Assembly: GCA_013001685.1 (NCBI GenBank) | Contig: JABDMD010000163.1 | Location: forward strand, 1-59,261 | Reading direction: 5' to 3' | DNA length: 59,261 bases | Source of the DNA: Gammaproteobacteria bacterium | GTDB lineage: Bacteria > Pseudomonadota > Gammaproteobacteria > UBA4575 | Shown: positions 1-10,815 of the stretch, piece after piece | Position numbering within the stretch: the first letter of the stretch is position 1 | Layout: each line of letters begins with the position of its first letter | Position numbers and translations under genes: made by a program | The notes under the pieces: model-generated | What the model was told of the DNA's origin: nothing | What the model saw: only the letters and a program-made list of their open reading frames with translations | Databases searched by the model: none

Positions 1-135
1 TTCATCTTATTCGATACGAGTCGAATTATTAATGGTGGCGAAACAAATTATATTTTGGCTACTACAGGGATATTTTTAAGTATTTACAATATTTTTACTG
101 CGCTATTGCATTTATTAGGTTTTGCTAACGATTAA
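1..135 (+). CDS. yccA: Bax inhibitor-1/YccA family membrane protein, 3' end only (partial)
   Basis: Frame +1 reads [44 protein letters not shown]. The ...DTSRII.GGETNYI.AT...F..LL.LLG motif is the typical YccA C-terminus. Not in the ORF track. Confidence 0.85.
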   Translation, partial: FILFDTSRIINGGETNYILATTGIFLSIYNIFTALLHLLGFAND

Positions 136-159
136 TATACTCGCAACCATGAAAAACAA

Positions 160-345
160 ATGAGCGGGATAGAAATTGGCTACGTTGTATTAATAGTAGC
201 CTTACTAATCTTTCTTTTTCCAAGAGCAAAATATTGGTTGAGTAATAGCCCCAAAGCTGAAGGTGGAGACTGGCAAGCTTTTCTTTTGCCAATAGCATTG
301 ATAATTGCGTTCGTTGGTGGGCTAATGTGGTTAGTTAGTCGCTAA
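160..345 (+). CDS. small two-helix membrane protein, unknown function
   Basis: 61 aa, two hydrophobic segments separated by SPKAEGGDW; followed by a terminator. Confidence 0.7.
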   Translation: MSGIEIGYVVLIVALLIFLFPRAKYWLSNSPKAEGGDWQAFLLPIALIIAFVGGLMWLVSR

Positions 346-363
346 AACTCGTATTCTTATAAC

Positions 364-393
364 AAAAATGCCTCTTAATCGAGAGGCATTTTT
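364..393. terminator. intrinsic terminator, probably bidirectional
   Basis: AAAAATGCCTCT-taatcg-AGAGGCATTTTT is a perfect 12-bp inverted repeat with A/T tails, between convergent genes. Confidence 0.85.
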
Positions 394-457
394 ATTTAAA
401 TCAATCAGATATGTACTTATGTTAATTTAGATTATCCTATTTAGGCTCCTATTATTA

Positions 458-940
458 CTAATCACGAAAATTATTAAATTGCAGCGGTATGCCTAAATTT
501 GAGTCTTTAAGTAGGCTCATGACATTCTGTAAATCATCACGCTTCTTGCCTGTAACGCGTAGTTTTTCACCCTGAATGGATGCTTGCACCTTAATTTTAG
601 AATCCTTTATCAGCTTAACCATTTTCTTGGCAGAATCTTTATCAATTCCTTGACGAAGTGTGATTTGCTGTCGAGCACACATATTGGCTTCTTCTACCTT
701 TCCTCGATCCATACACATAACATCGATGCCACGCTTTGACATTTTAGTGATTAAGATGTCGTAAACCTGGTCCAGTTGAAATTCTGATTTTGCTTGAATA
801 CGTATATTAGACTCTTCCCGTGTTACTTTGGCGTCAGAGCCCTTAAAATCGAAGCGAGTAGAAATTTCACGACTAGCTTGATCGATAGCATTACTCAATT
901 CATGTTCATCCACTTCGGAAACAGTATCAAATGAAGGCAT
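458..940 (-). CDS. yajQ: YajQ family nucleotide/c-di-GMP-binding protein
   Basis: MPSFDTVSEVD...RFDFKGS...RVTGKKRDDLQ...QFNNFRD. Start moved to the ATG at 940, which has GAGGGAG upstream. Confidence 0.95.
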   Translation of the reverse strand: MPSFDTVSEVDEHELSNAIDQASREISTRFDFKGSDAKVTREESNIRIQAKSEFQLDQVYDILITKMSKRGIDVMCMDRGKVEEANMCARQQITLRQGIDKDSAKKMVKLIKDSKIKVQASIQGEKLRVTGKKRDDLQNVMSLLKDSNLGIPLQFNNFRD

Positions 941-988
941 AGGCAATATTTCTCCCTCTGCAGGTAAATATTAAGGCAAAATTATAGA

Positions 989-1372
989 ATGTTTAGGTTA
1001 GCGATCCTTCTAGGTGCTGGCAATGCCGTATTGGCTATTATACTTGGTGCTTTTGCTGCTCATGCTTTACAAAACACTTTGAGTGAGCGAATGCTTGCTG
1101 TATTCAATACAGCAGTAGATTACCATTTGTATCACGCACTAGGGTTAATCGTCCTTAGTCTGCTCATTAAACAACGCCCTATTTCCAAAGCTTTAAAAAC
1201 TGCCGTTTATTTGATGTCGTTTGGGATAATTGTATTTTGTGGCAGCCTTTACGCACTAAGTCTCTCAGGCATTTTAAAACTAGGCATGATTACGCCATTT
1301 GGTGGTGTAGCTTTTATTATTGCTTGGTTTTTAGTGCTCATTGCATTTATAAAACAGGAACCCCAAGTATAG
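989..1372 (+). CDS. DUF423/YgdD-TMEM256 family membrane protein
   Basis: LGAFAAH...TAVDYHLYHAL...FCGSLYAL...GMITPFGG motifs. Confidence 0.9.
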   Translation: MFRLAILLGAGNAVLAIILGAFAAHALQNTLSERMLAVFNTAVDYHLYHALGLIVLSLLIKQRPISKALKTAVYLMSFGIIVFCGSLYALSLSGILKLGMITPFGGVAFIIAWFLVLIAFIKQEPQV

Positions 1373-1377
1373 CAATA

Positions 1378-1899
1378 TTATAAAAGCACTCCCTGTGATG
1401 AAGCATCGTCAGGTTTTTCTATGCACACCTCTACTTTATCCCCTACTCGTATAACCCCGCCTTTTCTAACCATCGCATTAATTCCACCATGGTTTCGCAT
1501 GGCATTGTAAGCACCAAAACCGAGCGCCTCTTCCATTTTTTTACAAGGCGCACAGTTTCCTGTGATCTCAAGCACTGCATCATTAATTTTTAGACTATGT
1601 CTAAGTAATACACTTAAGTTAAGCCCAGAAATTACAATATTGCGACGTAATATTTCCGGTGAAATTTTATATATATTCAGCAAAGATTCTATAACTGGGA
1701 AATATTCCGCTTGAATAATTGTAACTTGTCTTTTACCGCCTGGTTTTTGACCAGCTTTGTCTCCTACCAAACCGTGATCTAGTAATAGTTCAGCGATATC
1801 TACTTGTTTGATTTCTTTATTTTTTTTGGCCCTTAACCCTATCCACTCAATAGTTCCTGGACGTGAAAAATGGGTTTTCAATTCATTTATTGAAGCCAT
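1378..1899 (-). CDS. MOSC domain protein
   Basis: GLVGD...RQVTII...LRRNIVISG...LEITGNCAPCKKM...GGINA...GGVIRVGD. Confidence 0.9.
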   Translation of the reverse strand: MASINELKTHFSRPGTIEWIGLRAKKNKEIKQVDIAELLLDHGLVGDKAGQKPGGKRQVTIIQAEYFPVIESLLNIYKISPEILRRNIVISGLNLSVLLRHSLKINDAVLEITGNCAPCKKMEEALGFGAYNAMRNHGGINAMVRKGGVIRVGDKVEVCIEKPDDASSQGVLL

Positions 1900-2062
1900 A
1901 AATATATTAATGAACCTATATTCAAAAATGCTTTACAGTACGCATTCTAACCTTATAAAAAATTATAATATCGCTGCAATTCAAGTAGTTGCGTATTGCA
2001 TACTAAAATATTTCTTAGCCAATCCTATGTTAGAACATGGAAAGCTAGGGTAGAATTAGTAC

Positions 2063-2147
2063 GATAACCGAGTCCCCAAACCTACGTTATTAATTTAATG
2101 TAGGTCCCGAAGCCAGCGTGCCCCAACCCGCGCTGGCTTTTTTATTT
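2063..2147 (+). ncRNA. candidate small RNA with C-rich single-stranded motifs
   Basis: TAGAAT -10-like box at 2051-2056; hairpin CCTACGTTA/TAATGTAGG at 2081-2104; GTCCCC, GTCCC and GCCCCAACCC motifs; ends in a plus-strand terminator with no plus-strand CDS upstream. 5' end is estimated. Confidence 0.4.
2110..2147 (+). terminator. intrinsic terminator
   Basis: AAGCCAGCG...CGCTGGCTT stem followed by TTTTATTT on the plus strand; the minus strand lacks a U-tract. Confidence 0.8.
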
Positions 2148-2151
2148 CTGA

Positions 2152-3471
<1,320 letters not shown>

Positions 3472-3843
3472 TTAAATGGCTCGAGCTAGACTCAAACCAA
3501 GAAAACAAGCGAACAAACATAAACTGACACTTACAAGCACATTTCCCATGGCGCTTATAAAATTTCCCTGTTGAATCAGATTTAAAGTTTCAAATGAAAA
3601 TGTAGAAAATGTCGTGAAACCACCTAGAACACCAACTAAAATAGCAAATCGCACTTCCTCAGAAACAGTAATGCGCTCTAACAGTATGAAGGATAGAAAA
3701 CCAATCAATAATGAGCCCGCAACATTCACCAGCAAGGTTCCATACGGAAATGAGGTTCCAAACCACTGAAGTGAATGTGTTTGAATTAAATACCTCAAAA
3801 CTGAGCCTATTGCTCCACCAATGGCCACTCCCACCAGAATCAA
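3472..3843 (-). CDS. crcB: fluoride efflux channel CrcB/Fluc
   Basis: GGAIGSVLRY, PYGTLLVN, GGFTTFSTFSFE. Start moved to the TTG at 3843, which follows GAGGAGG. Confidence 0.95.
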   Translation of the reverse strand: MILVGVAIGGAIGSVLRYLIQTHSLQWFGTSFPYGTLLVNVAGSLLIGFLSFILLERITVSEEVRFAILVGVLGGFTTFSTFSFETLNLIQQGNFISAMGNVLVSVSLCLFACFLGLSLARAI

Positions 3844-3955
3844 AGTTTCCTCCTCTTTTGCGTGCACAATAGATTCTTCATCGTAGGCCACGAATGGTAT
3901 CAATCAATGGTATATTGCGATACATCGAAATGATTAAAAGAAGCTCAGTTAATAT

Positions 3956-5422
3956 ATGCGTGGCTCAATCTCAACTACAGATCTTGCAAAACAATTTCAT
4001 AATGTATTGCCTAAAGATGCGGTTTTAGACAAGGACGAACAACTAAGACCTTATGAATGCGATGCTCTAACCGCATATAGACAACTGCCCCGCCTAGCAT
4101 TGTTACCTAGCAAAATTGAAGAAATTCAAGCTATCGTAAAAATATGCAAAGAATATAAAATCCCAATCGTTGCGCGTGGTGCTGGTACTAGCCTATCGGG
4201 TGGAGCATTGCCGCATGCAGATGGAATACTGCTGAATTTAGCCAAACTCAATAAAATCATCGAAATTGATGTTCATAACAGAACTGCCACCGTACAACCT
4301 GGTGTCCGAAATCTTGCTATATCAGAAGCGGCAGAACCGCATGGGCTTTATTATGCCCCCGACCCGTCTTCGCAGATCGCTTGCACTATAGGCGGCAACA
4401 TTGCAGAAAACTCTGGGGGCGTGCATTGCCTTAAATACGGACTTACTTTACACAACATCCTAGCCTTAAAAATTTTGACAGTAGATGGTGAAATTTTAGA
4501 GCTAGGTGGGAAAAATTTAGATTCATCTGGCTTTGACTTACTTGCACTAATGATAGGTTCTGAAGGAATGTTAGGCATTACTTTAGAAGCAACGGTAAAG
4601 CTACTTCCACATCCACATGACAGAAAAGTGCTGTTAGCCGCATTTGATCAAATACAAAAAGCGGGCGATGCAGTAAACGGCATCATTTCCAAAGGTGTAA
4701 TTCCTGCAGGTCTTGAAATGCTCGACCAACTCACTATCCAAGCTACAGAAATGTATTGTAGCCCCGGTTACCCATCGAATGCTGCAGCTATATTAATTTG
4801 TGAATTAGATGGTTTTGATGAGGAACTTGAAACACAAGTTCAATTGGTTAAAAAAATACTTATCGATCATCAAGCAATTGAAGTTCGTGTAGCAAAAGAT
4901 AATCAAGAAGCGGAATTATTTTGGTTAGGACGCAAAGCTTCCTTCCCTGCACTCGGTAATTTAACTCCTGACTACTACTGCATGGATGGAACCATTCCAA
5001 GAAAACATTTAGCGCATGTATTGGAAAGCATCAGCAATCTTTCAGTTAAACATAGTTTACGTGTAGCAAATGTCTTTCATGCCGGTGATGGTAATTTACA
5101 CCCGGTAATATTATATGATGCAAATGTACCAGGTGAGCTTGAAACTGCAGAAAAACTCGGTGGAGAAATTTTAGAACTCTGTGTAGAAGTTGGCGGCACA
5201 ATTACTGGTGAACATGGTGTTGGCGTCGAAAAACTCAATCAAATGTGTGTGCAGTTTAGTGATGCTGAACTAAACACATTCCATGCGATCAAAGCGGCGT
5301 TTGATGAAGACGGGCTACTCAATCCAGGAAAAGCGATCCCTACTCTTCATCGTTGCGCTGAATTTGGTGCCATGCATGTGCATCATGGCAAGCTCCCTCA
5401 CCCTGATATTCCTCGTTTTTAA
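3956..5422 (+). CDS. glcD: glycolate oxidase FAD-linked subunit
   Basis: ARGAGTSLSGGA, YYAPDPSSQIACTIGGN, HAGDGNLHP, TGEHGVGVEK, C-terminal PTLHRCAEFG. Confidence 0.95.
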   Translation: MRGSISTTDLAKQFHNVLPKDAVLDKDEQLRPYECDALTAYRQLPRLALLPSKIEEIQAIVKICKEYKIPIVARGAGTSLSGGALPHADGILLNLAKLNKIIEIDVHNRTATVQPGVRNLAISEAAEPHGLYYAPDPSSQIACTIGGNIAENSGGVHCLKYGLTLHNILALKILTVDGEILELGGKNLDSSGFDLLALMIGSEGMLGITLEATVKLLPHPHDRKVLLAAFDQIQKAGDAVNGIISKGVIPAGLEMLDQLTIQATEMYCSPGYPSNAAAILICELDGFDEELETQVQLVKKILIDHQAIEVRVAKDNQEAELFWLGRKASFPALGNLTPDYYCMDGTIPRKHLAHVLESISNLSVKHSLRVANVFHAGDGNLHPVILYDANVPGELETAEKLGGEILELCVEVGGTITGEHGVGVEKLNQMCVQFSDAELNTFHAIKAAFDEDGLLNPGKAIPTLHRCAEFGAMHVHHGKLPHPDIPRF

Positions 5423-5440
5423 TCTCGAAGCTTTATTACC

Positions 5441-6496
5441 ATGTCAGATTATAGAGATGAAATCACATCTAAACTTGAAGATGCTTTTCAGCAAAAAAAA
5501 GCATTGCAAATCAAAGCAGGCAGCACAAAACAGTTTTATGGCAGAGATATTTATGCAGAAGAACTCGCATTAACAGACCACACTGGGATTATTGAATACG
5601 AACCTTCAGAATTATATATAACCGCACGCAGTGGAACTCCATTACGCGAAATAGAACAAGCAATCGCAGAACAACACCAGATTTTACCTTGTGAACCACC
5701 CTATTTTGGGGCAAATGCAACCTTGGGCGGTACAGTTGCTTGTGGACTAGCCGGACCAAGGCGGGTAAATGCTGGCAGTGTGCGTGACTGCATTTTAGGA
5801 ACGGAAATTCTAAACGGCAAAGGTGAGCTGCTTCGTTTTGGCGGCAAGGTTATGAAGAATGTAGCCGGTTATGATGTATCACGACTAATATGCGGAGCAC
5901 TAGGAACATTGGGTGTGTTGATGTCAGTTAGTTTACGCTTATTGCCAAAACCTGCTTGCGAACAAACTATTGTTTTAACACTGGATAGCAACGCGGCAAT
6001 TAATAAAATGAACTTATGGACCAACACTCCCATGCCTATTTCAGCTACATTTTATGATGGTCATGATTTATATATACGTTTATCAAGTTCTTTGTCTGCA
6101 ATAGAAGCTTGTAAAAAAGAAATTGGTGGAGAATCAATTGATGAGAAGGATATATTTTGGACTAATATTAAAGAGCAAACACACAACTTTTTTATTTCAG
6201 ATAAACCACTATGGAGGATTTCAGTTCCACCCAATACTGAAACGTTGAACATATCTGGAGAAAACGCAATTGAGTGGAATGGTGCTTTAAGATGGCACAA
6301 GAGTGATGCGGATGAAAATTCAATTCGCACTGAGGCTGAACGCGTTGGAGGGCATGCGACCTTATTTAAAGGGAATACTACTGATCAAGTTTTCCATCCA
6401 CTTTCCAAACCATCCATGAAACTTCATAAAAAACTTAAGCAGGTACTAGACCCTGTTGGTATTCTCAATCCAGGCAAAATGTTTGCTGAACTATAA
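5441..6496 (+). CDS. glcE: glycolate oxidase subunit GlcE
   Basis: YEPSEL, ATLGGTVACGLAGPRR, FGGKVMKNVAGYDVSRL, DPVGILNPG. Confidence 0.95.
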   Translation: MSDYRDEITSKLEDAFQQKKALQIKAGSTKQFYGRDIYAEELALTDHTGIIEYEPSELYITARSGTPLREIEQAIAEQHQILPCEPPYFGANATLGGTVACGLAGPRRVNAGSVRDCILGTEILNGKGELLRFGGKVMKNVAGYDVSRLICGALGTLGVLMSVSLRLLPKPACEQTIVLTLDSNAAINKMNLWTNTPMPISATFYDGHDLYIRLSSSLSAIEACKKEIGGESIDEKDIFWTNIKEQTHNFFISDKPLWRISVPPNTETLNISGENAIEWNGALRWHKSDADENSIRTEAERVGGHATLFKGNTTDQVFHPLSKPSMKLHKKLKQVLDPVGILNPGKMFAEL

Positions 6497-6502
6497 TTAT
6501 TT

Positions 6503-7732
6503 ATGCAAACTTCTTTTACATCTGAATTTACACAAACCGCTGACGGCCAACGCGTAAATAAGATTTTACGCAAATGTGTGCACTGTGGATTTTGTAATGC
6601 TACCTGTCCCACTTATCAATTAACAGGCGATGAATTAGATGGGCCACGTGGACGAATTTATTTAATTAAAAACTTTTTTGAGCAAGACTCTGAAGAAAAC
6701 AAGCAACAATCCACCAATGAAGTAAGATTAAAACATCTTGACCGATGCTTAACTTGTCTAGCATGTGAAACCACTTGTCCCTCTGGAGTGAAATACGGTG
6801 AATTAGTAGATATCGGCAGAAAACACATAAACGCTTCCATACAGCGTCCAGTAGCTAGCAAAATTAAACGCAATTTAATTTTAAGTGCTTTTTCTAACTC
6901 AACACGGGTTGCTGGACTTCTAGCAATAGCACGTATTTTTAAGCCGTTCTTGCCCGCAGCTTTGGCAGCCAAAATACCCGCCAAAATTAAATTACCTGCT
7001 AGCTCTGATTCAGAGATTTCTACTTCCTCATCACGAAAAATGCTCACAATAAAAGGCTGCGTACAAAATGCTGCAGCGCCGCAAATCAATTTGGCTACAA
7101 AAAGAGTTTTAAATAACTCCGATATTCAACTCGATGAAGTTAATTCTGCTTGTTGTGGCGCGCTCGCATTTCATCTCACCGAGACAGACCAAGCGCTTCG
7201 CACTATTTGCATCAACATCGATGACTGGTATCAGAAACTCAATAATGGCTATGAGAGTATTATAATTAATTCAAGTGGTTGTAGCTCATTTGTAAAGCAA
7301 TATGGCACTATTATGCAAGACGATAATAGCTATGCAGAGAAGGCTAAATTTATTTCGAAACACTGTATCGATCTGTCTGAATTAGCTAGTGAACTCAAAC
7401 CGAAAGCATCGCCTGATACAAATAAAACCATTGCCTTCCATAGCCCTTGCACCTTACAGCATGGCCAGAATATCAACGGAAAGATTGAAGAAAAATTGAT
7501 TCAAGCAGGTTATAAATTAGTAGTAGTTCAAGATTCGCATTTATGTTGTGGATCGGCAGGAACCTACTCCTTACTTGAAAGCGAATTGTCTTCACAGTTA
7601 TTAGAAAATAAGGTTTCAAACCTAGAAAAACATCAACCCGATATGATCGTAACAGCCAATATCGGCTGTCTCATGCATATACAATCAGGCACGAAAATTC
7701 CCGTCAAACATTGGATTGAGCTGTTAGCATAA
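6503..7732 (+). CDS. glcF: glycolate oxidase iron-sulfur subunit
   Basis: CVHCGFCNATCP and CLTCLACETTCP 4Fe-4S motifs; two CCG motifs; ANIGC. Confidence 0.95.
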   Translation: MQTSFTSEFTQTADGQRVNKILRKCVHCGFCNATCPTYQLTGDELDGPRGRIYLIKNFFEQDSEENKQQSTNEVRLKHLDRCLTCLACETTCPSGVKYGELVDIGRKHINASIQRPVASKIKRNLILSAFSNSTRVAGLLAIARIFKPFLPAALAAKIPAKIKLPASSDSEISTSSSRKMLTIKGCVQNAAAPQINLATKRVLNNSDIQLDEVNSACCGALAFHLTETDQALRTICINIDDWYQKLNNGYESIIINSSGCSSFVKQYGTIMQDDNSYAEKAKFISKHCIDLSELASELKPKASPDTNKTIAFHSPCTLQHGQNINGKIEEKLIQAGYKLVVVQDSHLCCGSAGTYSLLESELSSQLLENKVSNLEKHQPDMIVTANIGCLMHIQSGTKIPVKHWIELLA

Positions 7733-7760
7733 AGAAATAAATTTTTCTGGAGTTATTAAG

Positions 7761-8945
7761 ATGGACATCAATGTCTCATCCTCGGAATCAATAATATTTT
7801 CCATCTTTATTATTTTCACTAGTGCAGCAGTACTTGCCACTATCGCTCTATTTGCACGACAAGCATTGCTGGTAGCTTACATAGCCGTTGGAATCATTCT
7901 TGGACCTTCAGTATTAAGTTTTGTACCTGACACTGTGTTTTCCCAACAAATAGCCAAAGTCGGCATTATGTTCTTACTGTTTTTATTAGGCCTGAACCTA
8001 CACCCACAAAAGCTAATTGCTTCAATTATGCAATCAACCCTTATAACATTTGGTACCTCATTAATTTTTGCTTTGATCGGTTTTATAGCAGCAATGGCTT
8101 TAAAACTTCCATTTATGGATCAATTAATCATTGCCGCTGCTTTTATGTTTTCAAGTACTATTATTGGCTTAAAACTACTTCCTACAACCGTTTTACACCA
8201 CCAACATGTCGGCGAAATCATTATTAGTATTTTATTATTGCAAGATATTTTAGCGATTATTCTTTTACTTTTGATCGAAACTCAGGGGCCAGACATAAGT
8301 GCTCTTTTTGCTTTGGGTAAATTAGCACTTGCCTTACCTGGTTTGATTGCATTTGCATTTTTAGTTGAACGCTTTGTATTAATCAAATTAATGTCCAAAT
8401 TCGACAAAATTAAAGAATATATTTTCTTATTAGCAATAGGTTGGTGCTTAGGTATTGCAGAGCTGGCCCACTATATTGGGCTATCTCATGAAACAGGTGC
8501 GTTTATAGCAGGTGTTGCGATTGCAGTTGGTCCGATTTCTTTTTATATATCTGAAAGTCTCAAACCTATACGAGACTTCTTCTTAGTTATTTTCTTTTTT
8601 TCATTAGGTGCAAGCTTAGATATCAACCTTGCATGGAAACTGCTTATTCCAGCAATTATTACTAGTGTAGTTTTATTATTTATAAAGCCTTATGTATTTA
8701 AGTTTTTGATTAGAAAAAGCGGTGAATCTGAGCAAGATTCGAAAGAGATCGGTGTACGATTAGGCCAACTCAGCGAGTTTTCATTATTACTCGGTTTTGT
8801 AGCGTTCAGTGCAGGTTTAATCTCACTTAAAGCTTCAAATTTTATCCAGGTCTGCACAATTGTCAGCTTTATTCTTTCAACATACCTAATTGTTTTGAAA
8901 TACCCTACTCCAATCGCAATTTCAGACAAATTAAGACGGGACTAG
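7761..8945 (+). CDS. cation:proton antiporter (CPA2 family)
   Basis: About 12 TM segments; LFLLGL, SSTII..KLL, LLLQD, GAFIAG, IRDFF, QLSEFS motifs. Confidence 0.9.
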   Translation: MDINVSSSESIIFSIFIIFTSAAVLATIALFARQALLVAYIAVGIILGPSVLSFVPDTVFSQQIAKVGIMFLLFLLGLNLHPQKLIASIMQSTLITFGTSLIFALIGFIAAMALKLPFMDQLIIAAAFMFSSTIIGLKLLPTTVLHHQHVGEIIISILLLQDILAIILLLLIETQGPDISALFALGKLALALPGLIAFAFLVERFVLIKLMSKFDKIKEYIFLLAIGWCLGIAELAHYIGLSHETGAFIAGVAIAVGPISFYISESLKPIRDFFLVIFFFSLGASLDINLAWKLLIPAIITSVVLLFIKPYVFKFLIRKSGESEQDSKEIGVRLGQLSEFSLLLGFVAFSAGLISLKASNFIQVCTIVSFILSTYLIVLKYPTPIAISDKLRRD

Positions 8946-9210
8946 ATCAAAACGTTATTTTTTCGTCATGCAAAAGCACACAATATGTAGTGAAAATAGC
9001 TACCATCAAAATTATTCTCTCAGTTAACTAGTTTTACCAACTAATTGACTCAATGTAAGCCAAGCGTATACTCGTATTGATTGTATTTATATACGTATGC
9101 AATTTTGCGTTGGAATAAGAATAATAGCCTTATGCATTTCTAAAATACTGCAATGGTATTTATATAAGACCAACTTATTCCAGGGTCTATAAAATAATAG
9201 GAGGTTAGAC

Positions 9211-10728
9211 ATGAAGAACGATAATAAATCGGATCAACCAGCTAAGGAGAGCACTACAGAAGAAGCAACAGGAATTGTTGATCCTAAAATTACACGCCGT
9301 ACCTTTTTAAAAGGTTCCGCAGCAGTTTCAGCTGGGGCAATGGCACCCATGTATCTAGCAGGTATCAGCAAATCCTTTGCTGCGAAAAGTGGTGCGGTAA
9401 AAATTGGGCATATTGAAGACTTATCAGGAAACTTAGCTGTCTATGGTGTACAAAAAGATCATGCGGCTCAACTTGCTGTAAGTGAAATCAATGCCGGCTT
9501 AACCCTTAAGGGTGGACCAGTAGGATCAGGTGGCTTAGGCGCTATGTCTAACCACGCGACTAGTGCACCTGTAATGGGAAATGGAGATAAAGATCTCAAA
9601 GTTGTCGATGATGGTGGCAAGCTATCCGCTTCTGGTATGGCCTTTGTAGAAGATGAAGATGTATTGGTTGATTCCGGTGAGTCTGGAATATTAGGTCGTG
9701 AAGTCGAGCTTTTAAACACTGATGGTCAATCAAACAATAATATTTGGCAACAATTAACTAAAAAATTAATTCAAGAAGACAAAGTCGACTGTTTAGTTGC
9801 TGGTTTTACCAGTGCTGAGCGCGAAGCTATTCGACCCATCGTCGATCAATTCAAACAACTTTATATTTACACTAATCAGTATGAAGGTGGTGTAGCAGAT
9901 TCAAATACATTCTGCACTGGCGCAATTTGTGAACAGCAAGTTATCCCCGTAGTGGATTACATGATTCAAAAATTTGGTCCACGTGTTTACACTATAGCTG
10001 CAGACTATAACTTTGGACAACTCACCGCAGCTTGGACACGAGCTTTTGCACCACAAGTAGGTGGCGAAATCATTGGTGAAGAGTTTGTACCATTGAGTGT
10101 TTCGGACTTCACGACATCAATTGCTAAAGTACAGGCTGCCAAACCTGATTGGGTATTTACCTTGTTAGTTGGATCAAATCAATCTAACTACTATCCACAA
10201 GCAGCAGCTACAGGACTTAAATATCCTATGGCATCAACAGTTAATATGGCACAAGGCTATGAACATCGACGATTCAAAGCGCCATCACTTAACCGCATGT
10301 ACAACTGTGTTAATTATATTGAAGAAGTGCCCACTGCTCGCAACCGTGCATTTGTGAAACGCTGGTACAAGATGTTCCCAGATGATCCGTACATTGGTCA
10401 GATGGCACAGAACACCTATTTTTCAATTCACATGTACGCAAAAGCTGCGCGTATTGCAGGTACAACTGACCAAGAAGAAGTTAAACGTGCATTGGAATCT
10501 GGCCTACACATTGAAGCACCAGAAGGCACTGTGTTTATGGAGCCATCCACTCACCACTGCTCTCACTATATCCGCTTAGCAACTGCTGATGCAGACCATA
10601 ATGTTAGCTTTGTACGTGAATGGCCAAGTATACAACCATGGTGGTTACAACGCCTCGGAGTGAACTTGGTTAAACACAAGGAATACAAACAATATATTCC
10701 AGATGAAGATCCATTTTTCAAAAGCTGA
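9211..10728 (+). CDS. amide/urea-type ABC transporter substrate-binding protein (UrtA/FmdD-like), Tat signal
   Basis: TRRTFLKG twin-arginine motif; SAEREAIRP, YTNQYEGG, AADYNFGQ; GGAGG RBS. Confidence 0.85.
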   Translation: MKNDNKSDQPAKESTTEEATGIVDPKITRRTFLKGSAAVSAGAMAPMYLAGISKSFAAKSGAVKIGHIEDLSGNLAVYGVQKDHAAQLAVSEINAGLTLKGGPVGSGGLGAMSNHATSAPVMGNGDKDLKVVDDGGKLSASGMAFVEDEDVLVDSGESGILGREVELLNTDGQSNNNIWQQLTKKLIQEDKVDCLVAGFTSAEREAIRPIVDQFKQLYIYTNQYEGGVADSNTFCTGAICEQQVIPVVDYMIQKFGPRVYTIAADYNFGQLTAAWTRAFAPQVGGEIIGEEFVPLSVSDFTTSIAKVQAAKPDWVFTLLVGSNQSNYYPQAAATGLKYPMASTVNMAQGYEHRRFKAPSLNRMYNCVNYIEEVPTARNRAFVKRWYKMFPDDPYIGQMAQNTYFSIHMYAKAARIAGTTDQEEVKRALESGLHIEAPEGTVFMEPSTHHCSHYIRLATADADHNVSFVREWPSIQPWWLQRLGVNLVKHKEYKQYIPDEDPFFKS

Positions 10729-10761
10729 TTTGGTAAAAATGTACTAATAACAATAAATCGG

Positions 10762-10792
10762 AAGGTGTCAACTAACTTTAGTCGGCACCTTT
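10762..10792 (+). other. intercistronic stem-loop after the binding-protein gene (mRNA stabiliser or partial terminator)
   Basis: AAGGTGTCAACTAA / TTAGTCGGCACCTT imperfect inverted repeat. Confidence 0.55.
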
Positions 10793-10815
10793 ATCGATGA
10801 AGCAACGGAACAGCA

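Noticed and set aside
1808-2053. 81-aa plus-strand ORF that could explain the terminator at 2110
   Set aside because: TTG start inside the antisense strand of the MOSC gene, no RBS, no recognisable motif, composition typical of AT-rich spacer
3844-3955. Fluoride riboswitch upstream of crcB
   Set aside because: GATG and CCTAC-like words occur in the wrong order and the GGxGATG...CC stem/pseudoknot cannot be formed; only a short ATACCATT direct repeat is present
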